From Candidatus Hadarchaeota archaeon (GTDB lineage: Archaea > Hadarchaeota > Hadarchaeia > Hadarchaeales > Hadarchaeaceae), in contig CAYFIY010000002.1 of assembly GCA_964343275.1 (NCBI GenBank), forward strand, positions 1-60,905: 60,905 bases of DNA, read 5' to 3'. The notes beneath the pieces were generated by a model. That model did not search any database, was not told where the DNA came from, and saw nothing but the letters and a program-made list of their open reading frames with translations. Shown piece by piece: positions 48,317-57,188 of this stretch (its first letter is position 1; every line of letters begins with the position of its first letter). Position numbers and translations under genes: made by a program.

Positions 48317-49810
48317 TTGGCCATCATCGTGCCGTTAGCCGGGGCATTCCTAGCTCCCTTGGTCGACATTCTCGTGAAGCGCACAAATCATCCACGGGCC
48401 CTAGATTACTTTGCACTTGCGGTTACTGTGGGTTCCCTTCTACTCGTGGTGAATATTGTGATGTCCACAGGTGGGAATGATATCATAATATATCGTCTCG
48501 GAGGGTGGGTATCGCCACTAGGGATAAATCTCGTCGTGGATGGGTTGGGCTTGTTGATTGGCATCATCGTAGCTGGCATAAGCACATTAGTCGTGATTTA
48601 TTCAATTGTTTTTATGAAGGATGAAGGCGGTCTGGGGCAGTATTACACCTTGATGCTTCTTTTGACCGCCGGGATGTTGGGAGTAGCCTTAACCGGGGAT
48701 CTTTTTAATCTCTATGTTTTCTTTGAAATAATGTCTATTTCTTCTTACGCTCTCGTCGCTTTCCGCCGCTCCAAAATATCGATAGAAGGTTCAGTGAAAT
48801 ACTTAATCGTTGGATCACTCGGGACCACTTTTATCCTGATCGGTATCGCGTTATTATATGGCATTACAGGGACTCTGAACATAGCCGATCTCGCTGGAAA
48901 AATGGCGGTGGTAAACACGATTCCAGCCTCAACCCCTCTAATTTTGATTATAGCTCTTACTCTTTTTGTGGTGGGTTTTGGGATGAAAATAGGTATGATC
49001 CCCTTTCATGCTTGGCTGCCAGACGCCTATCAATCCGCACCGTCTCCGATTAGCGCAATAATGGCAGGGGGGACGGCTATTGTTGGAGTTGGCGTTCTGC
49101 TCCGAGTTGGCTACCTCATCTTCGGAGCCCCCATGGTTGGTCCCTTGCTCATTGGGTTTGGGGTGGTCACGATGGTTCTCGGCGCGCTCATGGCTCTGGT
49201 TCAGCGCGATTTGAAAAGACTTCTCGCCTACTCCGGTATCTCGCAGATGGGATATATCCTCTTTGGCGTCGGAATGGGGACCGCTTTGGGGATTACGGGT
49301 GGACTCTTTCATATGCTCAACAATGCTATCTATAAGTCCCTACTCTTTTTGGCCGCTGGGGCGATAATTTACAGGGTCGGGACCTCAAGGCTCGACGAAC
49401 TCGGCGGGATTGGAAGAAAGATGCCAATAACAGCGGGGGTTTTCATGGTCGGCGCACTCGCTCTCGCAGGCATGCCACCCTTCAACGGGTTCGCGAGCAA
49501 GTTAACCATATTTTTAGCAGGGATTGACGCCGGGTACTCAATATTGAGCGGCGTCGCGGCAATTATCAGCGCCGTGACTTTGACTTATATGATTAGGGCG
49601 TTTATCGCAATATTCCTAGGGCCGACAACTAGGCGTTTTGCAAAAGTTAAGGAGGCTCCCGGGGCCATGATATTCCCGATGATTGTCTTGGCTGCATTTT
49701 GTATATTGCTTGGGGTACTCCCACAGCTCGGTTTCGACGCCGTGGAACCAGCACAAATGATATTAATTAACCCTTCTAATTACGTCAAAGAGGTGTTGCT
49801 TGGTGTTTAA
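48317..49810 (+). CDS. mnhD: MrpD/NuoM/N-like antiporter-like subunit (MbhH-like)
   Basis: 497 aa with about 14 TM helices and GMKIGMIPFHAWLPDAYQSAPSPISA. Confidence 0.85.
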   Translation: MAIIVPLAGAFLAPLVDILVKRTNHPRALDYFALAVTVGSLLLVVNIVMSTGGNDIIIYRLGGWVSPLGINLVVDGLGLLIGIIVAGISTLVVIYSIVFMKDEGGLGQYYTLMLLLTAGMLGVALTGDLFNLYVFFEIMSISSYALVAFRRSKISIEGSVKYLIVGSLGTTFILIGIALLYGITGTLNIADLAGKMAVVNTIPASTPLILIIALTLFVVGFGMKIGMIPFHAWLPDAYQSAPSPISAIMAGGTAIVGVGVLLRVGYLIFGAPMVGPLLIGFGVVTMVLGALMALVQRDLKRLLAYSGISQMGYILFGVGMGTALGITGGLFHMLNNAIYKSLLFLAAGAIIYRVGTSRLDELGGIGRKMPITAGVFMVGALALAGMPPFNGFASKLTIFLAGIDAGYSILSGVAAIISAVTLTYMIRAFIAIFLGPTTRRFAKVKEAPGAMIFPMIVLAAFCILLGVLPQLGFDAVEPAQMILINPSNYVKEVLLGV

Positions 49811-49888
49811 AGTAAACATCGTACAAATCTCCAAGGATGTCAAGCTTTATGCTAAAACTTTCATAGGTGAATATAGGGGGTAGAAAAC

Positions 49889-51424
49889 GTGATAATGCTG
49901 GATTTTCCAATATTGCTAATATCAGTCCTTATACCATTGGTCTTATCAATACTTTTCCCTTTCTTGGGAAATAAGTCAAAACCGAAGAGATTAGCGATTA
50001 TTAGCTTTATCCTCCTACTCGTGCCTTTAGCCGTAATAACTTTTTTTTCCCTGAACGGTATGATGAGGGAAGGTGTGGTGGACCCATCATTTTTCACCCA
50101 CCAGTTCGTCGGTTCCTTTTCGATGCTCCTCGATCCCTTGAGCGCTCCATTCGTCTTTGGAATAGCTTTAGTTACTGCCATCGTGGCTTTGTTTTCAGCC
50201 CCATACATGGAACATAGAATCAAAGAAATGAAACACGAGGGTCTAGCGCCGCCGTCGATTGGGACCTACTACATGCTTTACACGATGTTCTCGGCGGCAA
50301 TGTTGGGTTTGGTGATGTCGACAAACCTTATCGAATTCTATATTTTTCTAGAGTTATCGCTCATCCCTAGCTTCTTTCTAATTATATGGTATGGTTATGG
50401 GAATCGAACTAGAATAGCCATAATGTATTTGCTTTGGACTCATATAGGTGGGCTGCTTTTCCTTCTTGGAATACTTACCTTGGGTTCATCGGCCGGCACG
50501 TTTGATATTTTGAACATGCAAACCTTGACATTTAACCTTGGGTTAGGGCAGGCCTTGCCGATTGTTGTTGTGCTCATGATAACGATTGGGTTGTTCGTCA
50601 AGATGGCAGTCTTTGGGGTTCACATATGGCTTCCTTACGCACATGCGGAAGCACCGACGCCCGTATCCGCCCTGTTATCTCCCGCATTGATAGGGATATC
50701 GGGCTATGCACTTATCAGAATATCTTATACATTGTTTCCAATTCAGTTCCAAGAAATCTCAATAGTTCTGATGGGGCTCGCTTTGTTGACTATGATTTAC
50801 GGGGGGTTGATGGCTCTCGCTCAGGACGACTTCAAGAGGTTACTGGCCTATTCAAGTATCTCTCAGATGGGGTACATCTTACTAGGGATATCGACTCTCA
50901 CCACCAACGGCGTCACTGGCGGGGTGCTGCATTTTACAACGCATGCTATTGGTAAGTCTGTCCTTTTCATGGTCGCTGGTACACTCATCTTCCAGTTTCG
51001 AGGGTTGAGGAGCATCAGCAAAATGGGTGGCTTGGCATCTAAAGTGCCAATCACGGCGGCGCTAGCTCTCATCGGTTTTCTTTTCTTGGTGGGCATACCC
51101 CCAACCCTCGGCCTGTGGAGTAAGCTCTATATCATTGTAGGGACATTCGATAGGGCCTTAACAATGGGTGGTATTGCCCTCTCCCTAATCTCAATTGGCC
51201 TCATAATTGGGGCAAGCATGACTGCAGCTTACGCATTCTTCACCCTAAAAAAGATATTTCTCGGGAAATTACCGAGTGGGTTAAAAAAAGAACCTGTTCG
51301 CGGATGGTCGAACTTGACCGTGATTATAGCTGTTATGGGAATCAGTGGGGTAATCCTCTTTTTATACCCTGCCGTTTTTATCGATCCGCTTAAAGATTTC
51401 CTCGGTACTACCTTTGGGTGGTGA
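49889..51424 (+). CDS. Second antiporter-like subunit (NuoL/NuoM/MrpA-core-like)
   Basis: 511 aa with VKMAVFGVHIWLPYAHAEAPTPVSALLS. This mixes NuoM-like AHxEAPT with NuoL-like PTPVSAL. Confidence 0.85.
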   Translation: MIMLDFPILLISVLIPLVLSILFPFLGNKSKPKRLAIISFILLLVPLAVITFFSLNGMMREGVVDPSFFTHQFVGSFSMLLDPLSAPFVFGIALVTAIVALFSAPYMEHRIKEMKHEGLAPPSIGTYYMLYTMFSAAMLGLVMSTNLIEFYIFLELSLIPSFFLIIWYGYGNRTRIAIMYLLWTHIGGLLFLLGILTLGSSAGTFDILNMQTLTFNLGLGQALPIVVVLMITIGLFVKMAVFGVHIWLPYAHAEAPTPVSALLSPALIGISGYALIRISYTLFPIQFQEISIVLMGLALLTMIYGGLMALAQDDFKRLLAYSSISQMGYILLGISTLTTNGVTGGVLHFTTHAIGKSVLFMVAGTLIFQFRGLRSISKMGGLASKVPITAALALIGFLFLVGIPPTLGLWSKLYIIVGTFDRALTMGGIALSLISIGLIIGASMTAAYAFFTLKKIFLGKLPSGLKKEPVRGWSNLTVIIAVMGISGVILFLYPAVFIDPLKDFLGTTFGW

Positions 51425-51753
51425 AAATGGCGTTTGAATTCTTCGCCGAAGGCCTACCTTATCCCTTGACACTAGTATATTTTTATATTGAGGGTCTTGG
51501 GTTTGCCTTAGCCCTGTTGTATTTTTATTACATCTTCGTAAGTGGCGGGCGGCCGTTTTACTTAGACCTCTTCCGCAAGTTTGAGACTCCCATCATAGAT
51601 CGGGGTTATAACGAAAAAATCGTAAGGGGGACATTTAGATTGAGCCAGATTATCAAAAAAGCCCACAGCGGCGACTTGAGTACTTACTTGTTTTGGATGA
51701 TTTGCGGTTCCGTTCTTGTCCTGCTTTGGATGATAATCCAATTATGGTTTTAA
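51418..51753 (+). CDS. Stand-alone TM / amphipathic lateral helix / TM protein (NuoL C-terminus or MbhI-like)
   Basis: 111 aa that overlaps the stop of the preceding antiporter-like gene. It has a hydrophobic segment, a ~45-aa charged amphipathic stretch (FETPIIDRGYN...SGDLSTY), and a second hydrophobic segment. Confidence 0.6.
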   Translation: MVKMAFEFFAEGLPYPLTLVYFYIEGLGFALALLYFYYIFVSGGRPFYLDLFRKFETPIIDRGYNEKIVRGTFRLSQIIKKAHSGDLSTYLFWMICGSVLVLLWMIIQLWF

Positions 51754-51865
51754 CGATATGGTGTGTGCGTGAAGTGAAGGATGAATATAGAACAAGTCGG
51801 CTTTTGGCAATGATGGGTGAGGATCTAATCAAACTCCTTGCCATCAAACGGTTTTTGGTGTTGTA

Positions 51866-52294
51866 ATGATTGAGCTTTTTTCCGTCAGCCAAAACGTGCA
51901 ATCTTCATCTATAGTCCCCAGCTCTGTTTTAGTGACTATTGTCTTGGCCCTGATGCTACCAATTATAGGTCTGGTGATAGCCTTCGTCGCTGGGAGGGTA
52001 TTAACATCCAGGAACCCAAGCCGAGAAAAATTTGCGAGGTTCGAAGCAGGAAATCCTCCATTCGGTAAGGCGAGAGGGCTCTTCCCAATGCAGTACTACC
52101 CCTACCTCATCATTTTTCTGACAGTGGAACCTTTGGCGATATATCTTTTTCTCATCATGATGACGCTCCATGCGCTGCCCGTTATGGTAGCCCTTCTTTT
52201 CGCAGGCTTGAGCCTTGTCCTTGCGATACCTCTCATATTCGCTCTCGGCTCCGCTAGGAGGTTAGACCTTTGGGTCACAACAAAAAAGGAGTAA
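51866..52294 (+). CDS. nuoA: NuoA-like subunit
   Basis: 142 aa, 3 TM, FEAGNPPFGKARGLFPMQYY. Confidence 0.8.
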   Translation: MIELFSVSQNVQSSSIVPSSVLVTIVLALMLPIIGLVIAFVAGRVLTSRNPSREKFARFEAGNPPFGKARGLFPMQYYPYLIIFLTVEPLAIYLFLIMMTLHALPVMVALLFAGLSLVLAIPLIFALGSARRLDLWVTTKKE

Positions 52295-52845
52295 CCTCGC
52301 TAAGCAACCTAGAGGAAGCTACCAGAAAGGTTGGAATCCAGCTAGCCGACACGATACCAATAAAGACCATTAGAAACTGGGCAATCTCATTTTCCCTATG
52401 GCCGGTGCACCTAATGACTGCCTGCTGTGGGGCGGAATTCGCCGCGGCCGCTTGCCCGAGATTTGACATAGAAAGACTCGGTGTGCTTCCCTGGGTCTCT
52501 TCCAGGCAGACTAACGTCCTCGTCGTAGAGGGTACATTGACTAGAAAAATGGCGAAGGCGGCCAAAATTGTATACAGGCAGATGCCGGAGCCTAAGTTCG
52601 TCATAGCAATGGGCTCCTGCGCATTGGATGGCGGGATATTCTGGAACAGCTATAATATAGTTAAGCCAAAGGACGTGCTGCCAGTGGACATCTTTATACC
52701 CGGCTGCCCTCCTAGACCCGAGGCAGTCATTAGGGCATTCATGCAGCTCCGGGAGAAAATCAAGAGGAAGCTAAAGTATAAAATGGAAAAGAAAAAGAGA
52801 TCCAGAAATAGAGCCCAACGACGAAAGGTTTCGAGGAGAGTTTGA
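52270..52845 (+). CDS. nuoB: NuoB-like subunit (N2-type 4Fe-4S)
   Basis: Tandem Cys TACCGAEF, then GSCALDGG and PGCPPRPE. TTG start. The C-terminal tail is highly basic. Confidence 0.9.
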   Translation: MGHNKKGVTSLSNLEEATRKVGIQLADTIPIKTIRNWAISFSLWPVHLMTACCGAEFAAAACPRFDIERLGVLPWVSSRQTNVLVVEGTLTRKMAKAAKIVYRQMPEPKFVIAMGSCALDGGIFWNSYNIVKPKDVLPVDIFIPGCPPRPEAVIRAFMQLREKIKRKLKYKMEKKKRSRNRAQRRKVSRRV

Positions 52846-53240
52846 TGGAGCGCCTCCTGAGGATTGCTCCAGACTCCCTGAAGTCTGTTGCTGAGGAACT
52901 TAAGACAGAGGGCTTTGACCACGTCAAGTCCCTCACGGGATTGGATAGACCCGAAGATAAGCTTATCGAGCTCGTTTACCACATATCATCCTATTTGAGC
53001 TCATCCCTCCAAGGAAAGATCGTCGAGGTGAGGACTGAGGTCAATCGGTCAAGGCCGACAATAATTTCCATATCGGACGTATTTCCAAGTTGTAGGTACA
53101 TGGAGCTGGAGACAAGGGATCTCCTTGGCGTGAAATTTGAGGGTAATGAGAAACCAGATCCTTTTATTCTTCCAAAGGAGCTGAGGAATACTTGTCCATT
53201 GAGAAAGGACTATAAAATTCCCGAAGAAGGGGTGGAGTAA
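52842..53240 (+). CDS. nuoC: NuoC-like subunit (short form)
   Basis: 132 aa with TGLDRPEDKLIELVYHI and RYMELETRDLLGVKFEG. Confidence 0.8.
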   Translation: MMERLLRIAPDSLKSVAEELKTEGFDHVKSLTGLDRPEDKLIELVYHISSYLSSSLQGKIVEVRTEVNRSRPTIISISDVFPSCRYMELETRDLLGVKFEGNEKPDPFILPKELRNTCPLRKDYKIPEEGVE

Positions 53241-54371
53241 GTGCGAAAGAACTTGAACTATGGGCGAGCGGACACATTAACTCTTTTTATAGGACCCCAG
53301 CACCCGGGCTCAGGTCACCTCCGTCTTATTGTCGAGATCGATGGCGACGTAATACTCGGAATCAAACCAGACATCGGTTGGGTTCACAGGGCAGTGGAAA
53401 AGATAGCCGAAACAAAAAAATACGTGCAGGTCATCCCTCTCGTAGAGAGGCCTTCTATCATTGATTCAGCAAATATAAACTTAGGTTATGTTCGGGCGCT
53501 CGAGAGACTTTTAGGGGTGGAGGTCCCTGATCGAGCGAGATACATTAGGACGATCATGTGTGAGCTGAATCGAATAGCTAGCCATCTTTATGGGATCGGT
53601 ATTTTTGGCAATATGATCGGAACATCAACTGTTTTTATGTGGTCATTTGGAGACAGAGAGGTAATTATTGAACTGATGCAAGAACTTACTGGTGCCAGGA
53701 TCACACACTCGTTCTTCTTACCTGGTGGTGTTAGGGGGAATCTACCGGAAGGTTTTGAAGAGAAGCTAGAGAACGGTCTAAGATATATTGAAAACCGAAT
53801 ACCGGAGTATAGAAACCTCTTTTTTGAAAACCCTGTGACAATGAGCAGGCTAATGGGCGTCGGCACCCTCGATAAACGCAAGGTGGTTGAGATAGGTCTA
53901 ACCGGACCCAACTTAAGAGCCTCAGGTGTGGAGTACGACGCGAGGATTACCGGCGAGTACGGGGCTTATAATGACTTAAAATTCAAACCCGTGACACGGC
54001 CCAACGGAGATTGCTATGCAAGATTGATGGTTAGGTTCGACGAGATAAAAGAAAGTATTGGACTGTTAAGAAAATCGATGAGTAAAATGCCGCATGGTCC
54101 GATCATGCACGAGAGCAAAAAAGGGATGGCAAGACAACTACTAATGAAGGTTCCAGAGGGGGAAGCATTTTCGAGAGTAGAGTGCGGTAGGGGTGAGCTT
54201 ACTTTCTTCGTCATCAGTAAGGGTGGAGATAAACCCCATCGTGTAAGGATGATGACCCCTTCCTTCCGGAATCTTAGTGGCTTCGAAAATGCTCTGATTG
54301 GTCATAGACTTGCGGATATACCTGCCGTTTACGGAAGTCTCGATTATTTTCCACCGGAGGCTGATAGGTGA
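53241..54371 (+). CDS. nuoD: NuoD-like subunit without NiFe ligands
   Basis: 376 aa with GPQHPGSGHLRL and the C-terminal YGSLDYFPPEADR. The positions of the hydrogenase CxxC motifs read IIDSANINLGY and DYFPPEADR, with no Cys. GTG start. Confidence 0.9.
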   Translation: MRKNLNYGRADTLTLFIGPQHPGSGHLRLIVEIDGDVILGIKPDIGWVHRAVEKIAETKKYVQVIPLVERPSIIDSANINLGYVRALERLLGVEVPDRARYIRTIMCELNRIASHLYGIGIFGNMIGTSTVFMWSFGDREVIIELMQELTGARITHSFFLPGGVRGNLPEGFEEKLENGLRYIENRIPEYRNLFFENPVTMSRLMGVGTLDKRKVVEIGLTGPNLRASGVEYDARITGEYGAYNDLKFKPVTRPNGDCYARLMVRFDEIKESIGLLRKSMSKMPHGPIMHESKKGMARQLLMKVPEGEAFSRVECGRGELTFFVISKGGDKPHRVRMMTPSFRNLSGFENALIGHRLADIPAVYGSLDYFPPEADR

Positions 54372-55399
54372 TGACGAACATCCTGACTTGGCCCATTGAT
54401 CTCATTTTCCAACCCGGAGTCTTCATCACCGCTATTTATCCAGGATTAGCTGTACTTACTTTGACTTTGGCAGGAATCATATGGTTTGAAAGGAAAGTTA
54501 CTGCAAAGGTTCAGAGACGTTATGGCCCTCTTTACATTGCACGAAAATTGGGAGGATTTCCACAGCTCATAGCTGACGGAATAAAATTTATTTTTTCTGA
54601 ACAGATAATACCTAAGAAAGTTGACAAGCTAGTCTTCATATTTGGTCCAATTCTCCTCTTCACGTTTTCCGTCCTCCCCGTGATTGGAATCCCGCTCTCG
54701 CCTAGCTATGCAGCAATTTTTAGCGATCTTAGCCTCCTGTTGGTGCTGGCTCTCATTACTCTCAGTCCAATGATCCTCATCATGTTAGCTTGGAGTAGCA
54801 ACAACAAGTTCTCCCTCATCGGCGGTCTCAGAGACGGGTACATTATGTTATCTTACGAGGTCTCAATAATTCTATCGCTCTTGGCTATGGCGGCTCTGTA
54901 TAACTCTCTTGACCTAATAGAAATCTCCCAAGCGCAGAAGGGGGTGTGGGGCATCTTCCTAAACCCCATAGCCGCTCTAACCTATTTTATCGCAGCTCTC
55001 ATCGCTACTGGAAAGTTCCCATTTGAAATATCCGAAGCTGAGACCGAAATAGTGGCCGGTTGGGCGACCGAATACAGCAGTTCTCTTTACATAATGAACA
55101 TGGGGACATCCTATGTCAGAGCGTACGTGATGGCTCATCTTTTTGTGATTGTATTTCTGGGAGGTTGGAATCCAATCCCTAATTTCATGCTCGCAATTGG
55201 GCCTTTGCCCGGGCTCATGATTTTCGTGAAGAGTATGGTGGTGTTATGTCTTATGGTGCTGCTTCGGTCTATCTACCCTAGATTTAGGGTTGACCAAGGA
55301 GTGAGGATAGGATGGCACAAGCTTTTTGTACTTTCCATGGCAGCTATAGCTTTATCAGTCATACTCGTTGTAGCTGGACTTTGGGGGCAGATAACATGA
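54368..55399 (+). CDS. nuoH: NuoH-like subunit
   Basis: 343 aa, 8 TM, ERKVTAKVQRRYGP and PFEISEAETEIVAGWATEYS. Confidence 0.9.
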   Translation: MMTNILTWPIDLIFQPGVFITAIYPGLAVLTLTLAGIIWFERKVTAKVQRRYGPLYIARKLGGFPQLIADGIKFIFSEQIIPKKVDKLVFIFGPILLFTFSVLPVIGIPLSPSYAAIFSDLSLLLVLALITLSPMILIMLAWSSNNKFSLIGGLRDGYIMLSYEVSIILSLLAMAALYNSLDLIEISQAQKGVWGIFLNPIAALTYFIAALIATGKFPFEISEAETEIVAGWATEYSSSLYIMNMGTSYVRAYVMAHLFVIVFLGGWNPIPNFMLAIGPLPGLMIFVKSMVVLCLMVLLRSIYPRFRVDQGVRIGWHKLFVLSMAAIALSVILVVAGLWGQIT

Positions 55400-55947
55400 T
55401 GGAAAGTAAAGTGGTTAAACACTTGAGGGCAATCAGCACAGGCATAAAGAACCTATTCTCAAATCGTCTTACATGCCCATATCCGGATGCTAGGCAGATG
55501 GTTAGTGATCTATACAGAGGTATGATAGTATGGGATAATGATAAATGTACATCCTGCATGTTGTGCGCTAAGTCATGTCCCGCGAACGCCATAAAGATGT
55601 ACATGTGTGATGGGAAGAAATCACCAGGGTTGGATTATGCTAGATGCGTGTTTTGCGGATTCTGTGTGGATATTTGCCCAGTAAAGGCGCTTGAGCATAC
55701 TAGCCTCCACGACGTTGCATATTTAGATTACGATGAAAACATGTTCCTTCCTAAAAAGTTCATGGAAGGTGGTAATGATCCCTATCGTGTACCAGGCGGA
55801 GTCGTGGCGGTCAGAATAGATGAGAAAAAGGGGCTGCTTTACGGATCAAAAGCTGAAACGCCAAAGCTGGAAAAAAGAGGAGGGAAAGCTCCAGAAACTG
55901 CGTTAAAATCTGATGCTGGACTAGCACAAAATGAGGGAATAAAATGA
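55396..55947 (+). CDS. nuoI: NuoI-like 2x[4Fe-4S] subunit
   Basis: CTSCMLCAKSCP and CVFCGFCVDICP. I trimmed the start to ATG 55396, which overlaps the nuoH stop (ATGA). It has a ~45-aa C-terminal extension. Confidence 0.9.
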   Translation: MMESKVVKHLRAISTGIKNLFSNRLTCPYPDARQMVSDLYRGMIVWDNDKCTSCMLCAKSCPANAIKMYMCDGKKSPGLDYARCVFCGFCVDICPVKALEHTSLHDVAYLDYDENMFLPKKFMEGGNDPYRVPGGVVAVRIDEKKGLLYGSKAETPKLEKRGGKAPETALKSDAGLAQNEGIK

Positions 55948-56420
55948 TTGACATAATAATTTTTTCTATCTTTGGAATATTAGCAATAGCCTTTTCCATA
56001 TTGGTTGTCGAGCATCGCTCTCTAGTGTATAGTGCTATTTCTCTTGGGTTTTTGGGAATAGCGAATGCAGTTTTGTTTGCGTTCGTGGGTTTTACATTTA
56101 TTGCGCTGTTCCACTTAGCTGTTTACGTAGGGGCAGGTGTTATCTTCATCCTTTTTTCAGTAACGATGTTTAAAACCAGCCCAACTGTGGAGCCACGGTT
56201 GAAGAGAATTATCTTTATAATAGTACCTCTGATCACCATATGCCTCGCTGCTATCTTCTGGTCCTACTCAGATATCCCACTGTTCGTCCAATCGATTTCA
56301 TACCGGGAGCTCGCTATAACCTTCACCCAGGATTACTGGTTACCTTTTATAGTGGTAATCATTGCCCTAGTGACAACATTGATAGAGGGCATCACCTTAG
56401 CTCGAAGGGAGATCAATTGA
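55944..56420 (+). CDS. nuoJ: NuoJ-like subunit
   Basis: 158 aa, 5 TM, in the canonical position after nuoI. Confidence 0.75.
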   Translation: MIDIIIFSIFGILAIAFSILVVEHRSLVYSAISLGFLGIANAVLFAFVGFTFIALFHLAVYVGAGVIFILFSVTMFKTSPTVEPRLKRIIFIIVPLITICLAAIFWSYSDIPLFVQSISYRELAITFTQDYWLPFIVVIIALVTTLIEGITLARREIN

Positions 56421-56421
56421 A

Positions 56422-56748
56422 ATGCTGAACTACTTCCTTTTTTTAGTAATTGCGTTCGCAATGTTAGGAATAGGAACCTACGGCTTGCTGTCCAAAAGAA
56501 ATATGATAAGGATGTTGCTTTCCGCCGAGGTCATGTTCAATTCGGCGCTTCTCACGCTGTTGGTCCTAGCAGCAACTGCCGGGCCCATTCAAGGTGGAGT
56601 GTTGGCCCTGATAGCCATAGGGGTATCGGCGACGGAGATAGGCGTCATGATCTCAGTTGGTATACTTTTCTTTAAGACCAAGAGGGATATTGACGTGTAC
56701 ACGTTGAGCGGAACGAAAAAACAAAAATTGGGGAGACGAAAGCCATGA
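56422..56748 (+). CDS. nuoK: NuoK-like subunit
   Basis: 108 aa, 3 TM, RNMIRMLLSAEVMFNSA with the conserved membrane Glu. Confidence 0.85.
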   Translation: MLNYFLFLVIAFAMLGIGTYGLLSKRNMIRMLLSAEVMFNSALLTLLVLAATAGPIQGGVLALIAIGVSATEIGVMISVGILFFKTKRDIDVYTLSGTKKQKLGRRKP

Positions 56749-57188
56749 TGGAGCTAAACCTCATAATGCCGGTCATGGTCTCTCTGAGCACTGTCGCTGG
56801 TACTGCGTCATCTTCCGTACCACTTATCTATTGGTTCTACATTGAGGGTCTTGGCTTTGCTATTGCGCTGGTATATTTTTATCACATTTTTGTTAAGAAA
56901 GGACAGCCGTTCTACGATACACTATCCAAGTTGGTTGACCGCGCCATCATAGATGACTTCTATCACAAATATTTACCCCGAGCAGTGGAATCGACTTATA
57001 AAAAAATATTCAATCGTTTCGAAACTCAGATTGTAGACGTAGGGTACAACGTAAAATTAGTCGAATGGATTCTGGAGTTGGGCCGCATATTCAGGAGAAT
57101 ACAAACAGGGAAGATTAACCATTACTTGACAGCTTTTATACTCGGTACAATTATTTTAGCCATAATAATTTTTGGGTCGATGCTGTGA
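56745..57188 (+). CDS. Second stand-alone lateral-helix protein, paralogue of 51418-51753
   Basis: 147 aa. YWFYIEGLGFAIALVYFYHIF matches VYFYIEGLGFALALLYFYYIF in the paralogue. FETQIVDVGYN matches FETPIIDRGYN. The QTGKINHYL...ILG stretch resembles the end of NuoL. Confidence 0.6.
   Translation: MMELNLIMPVMVSLSTVAGTASSSVPLIYWFYIEGLGFAIALVYFYHIFVKKGQPFYDTLSKLVDRAIIDDFYHKYLPRAVESTYKKIFNRFETQIVDVGYNVKLVEWILELGRIFRRIQTGKINHYLTAFILGTIILAIIIFGSML

Noticed and set aside
53241-54371. NuoD-like gene as a group 4 [NiFe]-hydrogenase large subunit, which would make the cluster an MBH-type hydrogenase.
   Set aside because: Both CxxC ligand motifs are absent, and the termini look complex-I-like (…EADR end).
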